Assembly (NCBI GenBank): GCA_963924565.1 | Contig: OZ004614.1 | Coordinates: forward strand, 20,274,001 to 20,338,000 | Length of the DNA stretch: 64,000 nt | Source of the DNA: Ascidiella aspersa | Lineage: Eukaryota | Reading direction: 5' to 3' | In this document: positions 26,101-37,799 of the stretch, piece by piece | Layout: every line of letters begins with the position of its first letter | Numbering within the stretch: the stretch's first letter is position 1 | Notes under the pieces: generated by a model | The model's database searches: none | What the model was told of the DNA's origin: nothing | Seen by the model: the letters and a program-made list of their open reading frames with translations, nothing else | Made by a program: the position numbers and the translations under genes

Positions 26101-28883
26101 TTTTAATTATTGGCGCGGAAAGAATTGGAACAAGGGCACGCGCCCAATGCGCAACAACTCAATACAAGGTATGAGCATATCTAGGCGTTCACCCCATACG
26201 CTGGCTACGTTCGCTCAAGGCCTAAAAGTTGTGCATTTCGGGTGATTTTTTGCGGTAAAGGAGTTTGTTTTTTCGGTGTAAACTTCACCTTATGGTAAAA
26301 ACAATGTATTACTGTAATTTATTTATTTGCTCAGTTAAAAGAAGAGTTAACTCTTATTTTGGTAGTGCGTTACTGTGCTATCAGTTCCGACTAAAAATAA
26401 AACTATACTAGTTAGGTTATTTGAGCATTTCTAGAAGGGGTTGCGACAATTGTTCGGTGATTTTGAAGGGAGTGTAGCAAGAAAAAAGGGTTAACAACCA
26501 TTGCTCTAAATTATTCGCTATATCAATATGAGAATTTTCGCTCACCAACGCATATTCCGCTCTTGACGTCCACGTCGCTGTAGCTGCAGTAGAGCTCCTT
26601 GTGGTAGTCGCACATGCGCGACTCGTCGCAGCTCTGTCCCAGTTGACGGGCGCAAGTCTTGCAGCAGCCGCACTCGTCCGTTACCATGGAAACGCCGGAC
26701 GGACAGGCGGTCACCTTGGGGCAGTTGGCGCACTTGCGTCGGCACTCGGGCGACGGTGTCGTGATGGCCTTGATTTTGCCGGCTTCCGAAAGCTGCAAGT
26801 TAAACAAAAACGGGTTTAATTTTTTTGGTAAACGCTTAAAGTGATTTCGGACCATTTTGAAGAATATCAAAGCTCATATAGAAGTATAAGTATCATTTTG
26901 AACGTTTCGAATTTCGGACTCTTTTGAAGTTGCCCCGAAGTAAAAAAAAACTGGACGAATGCTTGGAAACCGAAGCACTCGAGCTCTTGGTAATGGATTT
27001 CGTCCATTTGAGGCGAAAACGCGTCGGCGTTTGCCTTTGATACGCGCCCGCGCAGTTTTATCGCTTAGCGCGCACGGCGTGGGTCCGCCGAGATAAATCC
27101 CTTTGCGTGGGGCATTCCAACTCAGCGAGCTTAGCGCTCCGAGTTGGTCTCGCACTCCCCACTTACAACTTTATCTAAATTCACATGCCAGAGCGCGTGA
27201 TGCATTAGCTATACTGGCAGGTATCTAAAGAGAAATACAAAAAATACCTTTTCGGGTTGAAGAACTGTGCTGAGTAACAACTTGGCCACAATTCGTTAAG
27301 ATTTCGAAAGCTATAACTTTAATTCCTTTTTGAACCACAGTTTGCGGGCCATTGACAAGTTACGGTGTCGTTCGGTTGCCTGAGTCGCGATCGCTCGGGT
27401 TAGCGACTTGCGCGCCAAAGAAGCCGCTGCCCGGCATTTTTCGAGCGCGACTCGCGCAGTTTCCTGTCTAGAAGCCGTCGGTGTCTCGTTCCTCTGCGCG
27501 TTTAGGCGAGCGAGCACACGCGACGGCCGCTGTTGCGGGCAGAGAAGATTAGAGAGGCGTAATCTACCGCCTCGAGCCGCCGTCGCCGCCGCTGCGTTTT
27601 TGAACCGCGCGATTTCCAGCCATTCACGCGCTAACCTTGACGCGCTCATCCCCCTATATCCAACCTTGCCCAGCGCCCCAAGCCTGAGCAGCGAACTTTA
27701 AACCTCTCCTTTCGGGGTGCCTGGCGATGAATAGCAGGGGGCGGGGGCCCGGTATTTGATTTCTCTCTTTCGCTTTTACAATGGACGCGCGCGAGTGTAC
27801 CCACTTAGCCGCCTGTTTCGCCGATGTTTTGTCGGAGTTGGGTCTAAATTCCAGGGGCCCGCGCGTCTGTCCTGGGGCGTGTTTGACCGCACAACAGGCC
27901 AACCCGCCCCGCGCCATTCAGACCCACTTATTAAGTCGATTGTCTCGTGTGTTTTTGTGCCCTTTGTACGCGCTGTCGTGCGGCCACCGAGAATAGCAGC
28001 GTCAGGCGCTTTTTATTTCCAAGTAACACGCGCGGCGTCGAAAACAAAATTCCGGTTCTGCTTCCCAGATTGCGCCATCTTGTTAATTGCGACACGCGCG
28101 CGCACGAATATAGAGCGGAGGCGAGCAACGCTAGCTCCAGCGGGCGACCAACACGCATGGCCCGCGGGCAGGAATGTCGCCTAATTCGATAATTTCATGT
28201 GATTTGTGCTTTGCGCTGCGGACGATTTACATAGCGGACCAGGTGCGCTTATCTCGTAGGCTCGGCGCGCGGCCTTGGGCAACTAATGGCTACGTGTGGC
28301 GACAAAGCGCCCGGGCTTAGCCTTAGCGCGTTGCCAGGGCTCTGTGGCGCAACACTGTTGTTGATCGCGTTGTGTGCACTGCGAGCTGCTTGGGCAAACA
28401 AGCCATCGCGAATCCATAAATTCCGCGGCGGTCTTGCGCCAACAGCGCCGGGGTTTACGGATCGGTCTGGATCCCGGGCCGAGTTCCATAAATAGCAGGC
28501 GACGGGCGCGGCGCTGTTTGCCCAGTCAAGAATGATTCCGCTCTACAAACGAGCGCGCTCTGTTGATGTCTGGCCGACTCGACACCTGGCAGTGACTTGC
28601 TCCATAGTTTTTTTAACTTGTGTAACTGTTTTTCCTTATAACTATCTCTTAGTTGCTAGCTGCCGTGAACATCTGACTCTAAGCGTGTTGGTGCAACTTC
28701 ACACATAAAACATTTACGCAGCGTATAAGGATAACCGTGAAAATAATCAGCCAATAATTCCGATAACCACTGAGTGCTACAGCATGTTAAAAAAACTTGC
28801 AAAGTCTCAAACTCACTTACCGTTGCGGCAAAGGCAATTGCGCAGACAAGGGTGGTCGTGAAGTAGATGAAGGAAGTCGACAT
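22855..28883 (-). CDS. CCN2: CCN family matricellular protein (CTGF/CYR61/NOV-like), full gene model, 6 coding exons, 368 aa; orthology to a specific vertebrate paralogue not resolved
   Basis: join(28883-28821, 26792-26546, 25780-25629, 25220-25073, 23536-23337, 23151-22855) = 1107 nt. All introns GT-AG, phases 0,1,0,1,0 consistent. Signal peptide, IGFBP (12 Cys, GCCxxC), VWC (10 Cys), TSP1 (6 Cys, WSxCxxTCG), CT knot (10 Cys) = 38 Cys, the canonical CCN architecture. Confidence 0.96.
23337..23536 (-). CDS. CCN2: CCN exon 5 (TSP1 module)
   Basis: Not in the ORF track; translated by hand: (A)[66 protein letters not shown]. Acceptor ttgcag, donor gtaag. Confidence 0.96.
25073..25220 (-). CDS. 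CCN2: CCN exon 4 (VWC C-terminal part plus hinge)
   Basis: Acceptor ttgcag, donor gtgag; [20 protein letters not shown] followed by a G/P/basic hinge. Confidence 0.94.
25629..25780 (-). CDS. CCN2: CCN exon 3 (VWC module, N-terminal part)
   Basis: Acceptor ttacag, donor gtaag; (A)[50 protein letters not shown]. Confidence 0.96.
26546..26792 (-). CDS. CCN2: CCN exon 2 (IGFBP module)
   Basis: Acceptor ttgcag, donor gtgag; LSEAGK...[54 protein letters not shown]...SGICV. Confidence 0.96.
26861..26912 (-). mobile_element. Foldback/Penelope-like element fragment in CCN intron 1
   Basis: agaatatcaaagctcatatagaagtataagtatcattttgaacgtttcgaat matches the inverted arm of the family. Confidence 0.65.
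28821..28883 (-). CDS. CCN2: CCN exon 1 (signal peptide [21 protein letters not shown])
   Basis: ATG at 28883 in context AAGATG; hydrophobic 21-aa stretch; donor GTAAGT at 28820; phase 0 matches exon 2. Confidence 0.85.
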
Positions 28884-29059
28884 CTTGTTGGTTACAGAAG
28901 TACTCTTGGAACAAAAACTCAGAAAAAACAACTGAAGGAGTCTAAGAACGATGATAAGGCTGACCTGGTGGGTCAGGCTGGTCAAAAAGGTAATCCGCAG
29001 ATTTCTGGCTTTGCCGATTTAGGCAGGCGTTTAACAACTAGCTCGCGCTTTCTCTCGTG

Positions 29060-29340
29060 GCGGCGTTCAGCAAAAGTGAATGCCCGATTCGGCGATCTGC
29101 GAGTATTTATCCTAGCGCTCGCGAAAGGTGGCGCACGAGAAAAAAAGCGCTCGGCCCGGCCATAAACAGATCTCGCGCGCTCTCTCGCCACGAAGAAGTG
29201 TAGTGTCGCCAGCTCGTGACGTCACGGCGGAATTTTTGCGGCCGCCTGCCCCCGCGCTCGCTCGGAATGTTGAAGTCCGACTGGTGCTGGTGCTGCTGAT
29301 ACTGATGCTGGCAGCGATTAGCTCGCCCGGTTAAGGGCCG
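29060..29340 (-). promoter_or_regulatory. Putative CCN proximal promoter
   Basis: GC-rich block upstream of the ATG with TATA-like ATAAATA (29104-29110), perfect CRE palindrome GTGACGTCAC (29216-29225) and TEAD motif GGAATG (29264-29269). Confidence 0.55.
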
Positions 29341-29476
29341 AACTGATGCGAACTTTGCGGAATCAACAGAAGAGAGTCGCTCTTATAGTTGTGAACCGCA
29401 TAATATGAGAACGTTAATGTTGATTTGAATGTTTCGGTGGGAATTTTGCGACGCTAAAAAAACGCGGGCTTCGGTC

Positions 29477-29912
29477 GAAAATTAAAAGTTCGTGTAAAAT
29501 ACTATTTAAAATGTAATGAGAATATCAAAGCACATACAGAAGTAACAGGTGTTGAAAATGAATAAAGAGTTATTCGAAACGTTCAAAATGCTGCCTACTT
29601 CTGTATGGGCTTTGATATTCTTATAACGTCTTACAACAACCTCCAACCATTATGCTCCAAAAACTGTTTAAAATGTTTTAGGGAAAACAAGTCTTGCCTT
29701 TTCTTTAAGACGTTTAATCGAAATTCGTTTAAGGCTAGACATGCTTCTATAAAAAGTAAATCTCAACGCAAAAGACTCTGGCTCAGGTTGAAAATTAAAA
29801 GTTCGTGTAAAATGCTATTTAAAATTGTTTAAGGAAAACAAGTCTTGCCTTTTCTTTATAGACGTTTAATCGAAACTCGTTTAAGGCTAGGTGTGCTTCT
29901 ATAATAAGTAAA
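29477..29912. repeat. Local tandem duplication (~120-150 bp); first unit interrupted by the foldback element
   Basis: gaaaattaaaagttcgtgtaaaat at 29477 and 29790; ggaaaacaagtcttgccttttcttt...aagtaaa at ~29682 and ~29833. Confidence 0.85.
29514..29662 (+). mobile_element. Foldback/Penelope-like element copy
   Basis: Same right arm and tail, shorter inverted 5' arm; TSD actatttaaaatg (29501-29513) / actgtttaaaatg (29663-29675). Confidence 0.75.
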
Positions 29913-32900
29913 CCCATACATACGCGTAAAATTACCCGTGTTTTAGCAACGACTTAGCGTAGTGCATGCCCGTCACAGGGCGTCCAAAAACATGCAGATA
30001 GGTCGCCGCAAGAGGTTTAAAACTTCGCACGGAATCAAGAAACGACCTTTCCCTGAACTGATTCACCTCGAAACGCGAGCGGTCGACATTCTCGGCGTGC
30101 CAGCCGGCCTAACCTATCCCAGTCTGATGACTTGGCCTTGTTTATAGATGCAGATTAATCTGATACGGTTTAAGCGCATAGCTGGCGGACTGTGCCAGTG
30201 CCCGTACCAGGCCGCTCGTCAACTTACCCTCTGATCATCCGTATTTCACTCGCTAATACCCAGCAATCATTCGCGTTCGTTCAAAAGTGAAGGGCGCGGG
30301 CCAGGTGTATGGGTTCTCTGCTGGCAAGAATGCAAATGTAGCGATTTTCCGCCCTTCAGCACGCGGCAGTTTTGCTCGGCAAATTGCTTGAGCACGCAAC
30401 CTGGAATCTTGCGGCACGCCGAAAGGCGCCAATAACACCATAAAAGGCGGTTTTAGGGTCCTGTCGAAAATTGTTATGTTTCAGTCGTTGCCTGCTGAAA
30501 GCAGTTAACCGCGCATTGGAGTAACAACGAGATCTCAGTTTCGAAACATCTCCGACTCTATGCGGACACCTAGCGGATACATTGACCATTGTACTGTACT
30601 ATACAGTGTATAGTAAAAGGTATACATACAATCAACTATCAGCTTGCGTAAAGGTTTATATTGACAGCGAATATGTCCCGCGAACTTGCAGAATATTCTA
30701 CATGTGATTCGATATGAGTGAACATTTTAAAATTTCATGTTTTTTATACATCAAAAAATGTCACGAGATTCATGCAATGAAGGCGTGTAACATTGTGTTT
30801 TGCGAATGAACTTTAATAATTTCACTAAAACGTCTCTTAGCGTGTTTTCGCGGCGATCCAATACTAGGCGAATAAGAGCAAATTTGTCAACCTATCTTTC
30901 TTCACTTTTTTTGTAGGCTTAAAGTGAACACAAGACAATAGAATCAACAAATACAAATTTAATTAATATAAGCCAAGTCTTTGTATTGCGTCCGCAAATT
31001 TCACATTTTTTTTGGAAATCTTGCTGAGCAATATTATCAATCAACATAACAACAAAATCAAACCACAACTTAGGTAATTTGTGTTTCTGCAGGATACTTT
31101 ATCGTAATACATTTCTAAGAGACCTCACCGAGTCACCGATTAAGCATAAAACAAAAAGTGATAACCTAAAAAAAAATTCCACAAAAGGCAACGATTAGAT
31201 TTGACACTGCAGTTTGCGCGTGTGAAGTGCAGTCATAAGAACACGTAACGCAAGTTCTTTGACGGCATACCACTCACAGCTTACTTTTTTGAAATTCTTT
31301 GAACGTTTAAGGTAATAGTGCAGGAAGTCTTTTATTCATGCGCATAGTAACCCCAGCTAACATCCACTAAAATATTTTAGCTCGGATTGGCCAGCAAATT
31401 TGGCTGTAAAAGTACATTACTTTGACTACACTATATGTTGTTTTTTTTAATGACCATGACTATTCTAAGCTTTGGATTCGTAGAACTAATATTAAATTTA
31501 ACCAAAATATCAACAAAATATGGAAGTCTTTCAGATGGGATGTTGTCCTCTGTTGTTTAGATGAATCTTGTTAGACAGTTAATTCAGCAAGTGCTTGAAA
31601 ATCAAATGTTACTTGCGTTAATGATTGCAAAGTTACCCTTTCTTAGAATTTACTGACAAGCCCAAGTAGCAAAAAACGAGCGGTTAATAAAACACCAGAC
31701 TTGTGATTCGAAGCAGACACAGGTCGAGCGTAAATTACCCTCTCGCACAAAATACGCGCAGCACGTTTGCGCCAAGAATGTTGATTGCCCGGCCGCCAAT
31801 TGCAGCCCATGGGGTATAATCCCGCTCGACGCTTGTCCTGGCCGTGACGGACAACAGGGCCGTTGACGCCTGGTCGCCCAAAAACCCACCCAATAATCGT
31901 GCCAGGGCTCTGGAGCCAAATTGGCGCTTCTGTGATAAGTCAGACATCCTTAATTCCACCTCCACGCCCAAACATATCGACATGGTGTTTAGTTGTATGT
32001 TCCAGTTTGCCTTGGCGTCGACATCTTTCGCATTGTTTAAGCCTAGTCTCCGGCACACCAGCACGAAATAATAGGAAACTGTTGTTAGAGTGAGTACAGA
32101 TCACCAGTCAGCGTGGTCACTGTAATGCGGTCAGTTGGCAATCTTTCAACATTTTCTCTTTGCTCCATTTTTCTAGCCCAATCCCAATTGTCCCCTGTGT
32201 AAGACGATCTTTATCCAAATAAAGATCGGTAAATCACATAATATCTCAATGATTCGTGTTAGTTTTACCGCAAAAAACACCATTTCGATAAAATGTAAAT
32301 TAAATTAAGTAACAGTTGTTTTGTGTTTTGGACCGCTTTGTGGACCACGGTAAAACTGTTATTATGAATAATTTCACATTTGACAGAGGCTTGTTTAAGG
32401 GAAATCACGCTACTGGCTTCACCTGTACAGTGAGTAGTTTCAATGGCGCCATTGTGAGTTGTCATGGTTTGTGTTTTACAACGCACCCTTGAGTGGTTTT
32501 AATAAGACTCTGCTTTGTTGCGGACCGCACGGGCTCTATACTACACCCTAAAGCCGTAAAATGAACTATACCTGTGATGAATCGCGATAACATACTTCTG
32601 GCTGTACGTTAGACACCCTTTCAAACCGCTGCGATTAGGGCGCCACTGCGTCCTTGATGAGGTAATTTAAATCATAACAACCATTGTTTGTAAGACAAAC
32701 AATCGGCCCATATATGACGTGAGAGACTTAATTGAACGCTTGTCCATTTGTTCACCCTTGTTGGAAAGTGGAAGAATGATCCGATTGACGGTAACGAGTT
32801 TTTAAATACCGGTGTTTCCAATTTATTTAAAACTTTGAAGTGATCGAAAGACAACAAACCGCGTTGTGTGCATCACATATGGTGCTTCGGGAAATATGCG

Positions 32901-35900
32901 TTATGCTATAATATAAACACAAAACATTTTTCTCCTTTTGGATTAAAGTCGTTGAAGCAAATAAACGTCGAAAAAACGTAACATTAGTACTTAGGCGCAT
33001 GTTTATGGCGTAAATCCGGACATTTATGCTAAATTTTGAAACAACCGGTCTAGAAATCCGAACATTTTGCCAAATTGTTTGTGATCGCCATATATGGTTT
33101 TTGTGTAAGACATCAAAATTGGGGGTTTCGTAGGGTTTTAAAAACTGGAAAGGAGGTCACGACAACAAAAAGGTTGGGAACCATAGTAATATATGAACTG
33201 ATAAACAAAAGTTGAAGTTTGATGGTAAAGATTTAAACTTTAAGTTAAGGCAGTTGAGTGGTTCCGTGAATGATATTTGAATAGTGGTTGATTTTTGCTT
33301 TACAATAAGATCCCAACTTTAAGACGTTACTTTTGTGCCTTTGTATTTCTCTACAAACTTGTTGACATTCATCAACAAAAAACCTGCACCCATTTGACAT
33401 CTGCTGCCCTCATGGTCGCTCGAACATTCCTAAAATTTCATTTTAACTGGCACAAAAGGCGGCATTCTATAGACAACAAACGCAAGCGCATATTTGCCTA
33501 TACACGGACGTCGGACGTACAAGGCCAATGAGCGGGCATTCAGCGGCGGAGAGTGCACGCGGCACTTATTTCCCCGGTGTGTCATCGCGAGAGCTTAAAA
33601 TATAACTTTCAACGCCACAATAAAGTGCATTTTCCGAACCCGGGCCCGGTTACTGAAAGTTTTGACCAAATATGGACTCGTTAACCTAAGCCTGGCGATC
33701 TAGTGCTAATACCGCGGACTTTGCGAAGTCAGGGTACCTTGAAGTAATTGTTTTCGCATCATGTTTGGAATGGTTTTCGGCCTTTGTTTGTGTTCCCACG
33801 CCGCAATCGTTACGGAATATTGGATCCTTCGCTATTGTCGCTTTTGACCTATCCCGAGGATGAAATTGACATTTCGCTCATACTCAGTGTTTGCAGGCCA
33901 ATTTTAGATTCTGTTGTGTTGCACCGAACCTTTCCAATACCTTAATTGCCGGCTGGTTCATCCAAAAAATGCGCTATCATTCGAAATATGTTTTCTGTAT
34001 ATCTACTCGCAAAGGTTAATATTCCACATAATTATCACCTATAGCGAATCAAACTGTTACGTATAAATATAAGATGGTCCATATGTCTATATGTATTTTC
34101 TAATATTTTTTTTATTTTTTATAAGAAATATGTATTAGCTGGTAAGAATTTTCAGTATAAAGATATATCTTTTACAACCTTTTTTTTGTAATATTTGTTA
34201 ATTAAAATGGTTGTCTTGTGTTTGTTTTTTAAGGTATTTAAAGACATGATGTTTCACTTTTTTTGGCATATTTTCCTCCGTTTGGTAATTAATCGTTCTC
34301 CTTGAAAGGATAAATGAAAAAGCTGCGAATCAAAAATTGTGCGAAACATTTGAATAAACCACCATGTTTTATGCCGTGAACAAGGGACTATACTTAAAAA
34401 TGTTTGACAGTCGACCTGGCAATCAAACAGTGACAACACAAGACGTGCGATTTTGACTCGGCAATGCTGCATCGGTATGTTCCCCGATCTTTTGATAACC
34501 GTATTCGGAAACGATCGCCTGTAGTTTCAAGTCCGCCTGGAAGTAACTCAGATTTCAACGATGGCGCTGGGAGCAAGAATTGCAGCTCGCCCGGCCGTAT
34601 TCGGAGCTCGTCGTCGAAATATGCGAACTGCAGCGGCACTCGGGCGCCGAAATTTGATGAGACCTTCTGCTTTGCTTTGGCCTTTTGCCGGCCGTCGCTG
34701 CGAACTTGGCAATTGCGAGAATCGCTGTTTCCTTTTCGGTTATGGTTTTTCACCCGGCTTCCACGTACCCGTATTTTTCCATCTATAGATTCTATACGGT
34801 TGTCTTCTTAATTGCCTGAAAACAGTTAACGCCGTTCGGCTTCTTTTGAATTAGTTTAGACGGCAAAACAACCCAAGAGCCACCAAAAAGAGTCTTTTTT
34901 CACGTTTGACTACAGTGTTTTTCTTAGGGGACTTTTATGTATTGCTCTCGTGAAAATGCATAGCACTTTGTATTCCGCAGAGTTGCAGCTCTGTTACTCA
35001 GTGGGACAACGCGCTGTACCAGTTATCCGATCACCTGTATACCATAGTCTAATGATCTAATGGAGTGCTCAAAACAAATCCCTATCTTCTTGGCCTATCT
35101 TGTTTTCATTGAGTAAAACGAGAACAAACGTGCAAAGCAAGTTAAGTTGAGTTATAAAGAACTGATGACATTTTTGGACACGTTTATACAGCAAAATTAG
35201 CAGCGAAAAAATACACAATAAACAGACAAACTTATTTGGCCGATTCATACCATACATATTTGGTGTATCCCTTAAATTTTCGCTTAAAAGAATACTAATA
35301 ATAAAAATGATTACACACTCAGTCTGCCGCCGAAAAGTCATGATTTAACGTCGGCATCATGCCGAAAAGTCATACATAATATAATTCTGTTAAAAAAGTG
35401 AGTAAGAAAACGCAAATTTAAAAGAGGAGGACAATTTGGTTATTTTATGTGTCCTTGGAGGACCACCAATTTTTATTTAGAAAGAAGGTCGCATTCCGTA
35501 AACAACGACATGTGTTAGCGCTATGTAACACCCATAACAGGCTCCTGTTGAACTTGTTTCGATATGGGTATAGAGTTGTGACGTTCTTATGTTATATGAA
35601 AAAATTACAATTTAAAGTTCTGAGAACGTATAAAGCGGAGGCTATTCTCAATAAATATTACTAAATGATCGAGGCCTAGATAAACCAGCGTTACTGGGCC
35701 TTGCGTAGGATAGCATGAAAACGAACGCCAGCTGATTTTATCACTTTAGTGCTGACTAATGCCTATAGTGGTGACAGGCTATTCCAAGAACCGCGAAATT
35801 TAAGGTGCTCAATGTGCTTTGCGCAAGGGTTTGGTCATATTAACCTTAAAAGGCACGAAGATTGGTGTGATTCTTTCCTAGGACGATTACCATTCTTTGA

Positions 35901-37229
35901 TAGTTAGTGTTTTCGGGCTCAAGTCTTGGGGCTTAAAATTTTAGGCGTTGAGTTAAATCAACAGGTGACATATAACTCTGATTGACGGATGACATAACCC
36001 CAGTCTTTATTGTTTTTTCCGGTGAACATTTGGAAAAATAAGGATCGCAGCCGCTAATTGATCATTTACTCTATTTTGATTCGTTTTCGATCGCGCGCGC
36101 GCGCGTAAAACTAAAGCTCACAAAACAAATTATCCCATTTCGCGGTTTGTTTTTCCACGGGCCTGTCTTCGTTCGGCAGAACAACAAAAGGATTTCACGG
36201 CAAATTTTCTGGTAGTTTCTGTGGAATTCTCTTGTTCGTATTGGCCGGTTTGTTTTCATCGACATGTATGGTCTAGAATTCCAGGAACCGACGGACGGCG
36301 CGACTGCCGTGCCCATGGAACTACGGTTGTTTGTGTGCCCGCCCAGTCTTGGATATTGTCTGGCTCGGCTGCCGAGTGTAAATAAACGGCATTGTTTGTG
36401 TCTGAGCCGCGTATAGTCAGAAGCGCATTTCAAATAAAAGCCGAATAATCTTTCGAAAAACAATCGTTCTCTGTCAAATATGATGATGATAAAATAGCTC
36501 ATGGTTTCTTGGCAGGTGAAAAAAATATTATCTGCTGAAAGAAGTTCTCAAGAACTTATACTTTTCTTTCTTCGTCGTTGAAAACCGTTCTATAAGGTAT
36601 AGATGTCGAAATAAAATTGTATTTTCGTTTATTTTGAAAAACTCCTTGGATGTCTTGGGCATAATAATAATAATAATAATATTTGCACGATCTTTCGCCG
36701 ATTTATATTTGGCAACCGTGTATAATTAAAAAACACTCGCTAAATTAATTTTAATTAAGAAAAAGTGTATTTTTTTTTCGATTGTCTAAAAACTGATGAT
36801 GAAATCATTCCGCAATCCGCAATTCGAAAACCACATAGTAATGGCGACTGCGTTTTTTTTTCTTTTTTATACAATTGTGTAATGTGGGCTAGCTGACAAT
36901 AATATTGTATTTTTCAATATTTTTTTTACTATGTTAAATTGCGATTTTCGTCGTCCATTTTTAATCGCATGTTTTCTCGAAAGAGTCAAGTCAAGCTCGC
37001 GAATTTGTTTTTCAATTTGATTCCACGCTAAACAATCGGCCTTTGAGCGAAAGGTTACACCTCAAAGATGCTTGTCGGTCACGATAACGAGACACACGAC
37101 AAGGTCGCGAGGAAGACAACACGTGTTTGTGTACACAACACACCTCACATATCGAAACAACTAGTAAGTGGTGATCCTGTGGCCGGTGTTGGGTGCAGCC
37201 GATTTAAACACTGAACAACTCTCATTTCA

Positions 37230-37419
37230 TAATAAGAATATTAAAGCCCATACAGAAGTAGGTATCCTTTTGAACGTTTCGAATAACTCTTTGAGTGCCT
37301 TCTCTCTAAGTTGAAAATGAGTAAAGAGTTATTCGAAACGTTCAAAATGATATTTACTTCTGTATGGGCTTTGATATTCTTATTACGTCTTACTACTACC
37401 TCCAACTATTATGCTCCAA
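37230..37419 (+). mobile_element. Foldback element, best copy; probable Penelope-like retroelement terminal-repeat insertion with hammerhead-like motif
   Basis: 63-bp inverted arms (37230-37292 / 37323-37385, 4 mismatches), 34-nt unpaired 3' tail, flanking direct repeat aactctcatttc (37217-37228) / aactcttatttc (37420-37431). Confidence 0.75.
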
Positions 37420-37799
37420 AACTCTTATTTCGGGATGAAAGATTTGTTTCGTTCGTGTCACTACGTTGCTTAGCATTTACCTAAGAAGAATATACTTAGG
37501 ATATCACAAGGATGGAAGAAAAATGAGTAAATTCCTGTTGGTATAGTTTCATGTAGGCGTTGCCCTCAATGCCCATGTTTCTGTGGCAATAATAATATTA
37601 AAAAAAAACGGTTTGCCAATTAATAGAAGAATCAGGTGGCACTGTATAAAGACAAATTGAGTTATCGACAAGCTGTCGCACAACCGTGTTTCATCAGGTC
37701 AAAGTATATCAGATTTAGACAAATACGGCCATTTACACTGATTAATAGAGTGTTTGTCCAACTTTTTGCTGTTTGTGTAGCTTAAGTTATTGCATCCAA

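Noticed and set aside
27300-28500. Cluster of 70-140-aa ORFs on both strands
   Set aside because: Inside CCN intron 1; explained by high GC content; Arg/Ala-rich translations with no domain.
37230-37385. Pre-miRNA interpretation of the long hairpin
   Set aside because: Multi-copy, TSD-flanked and variable in arm length, so better explained as a mobile element; it could still yield siRNAs.
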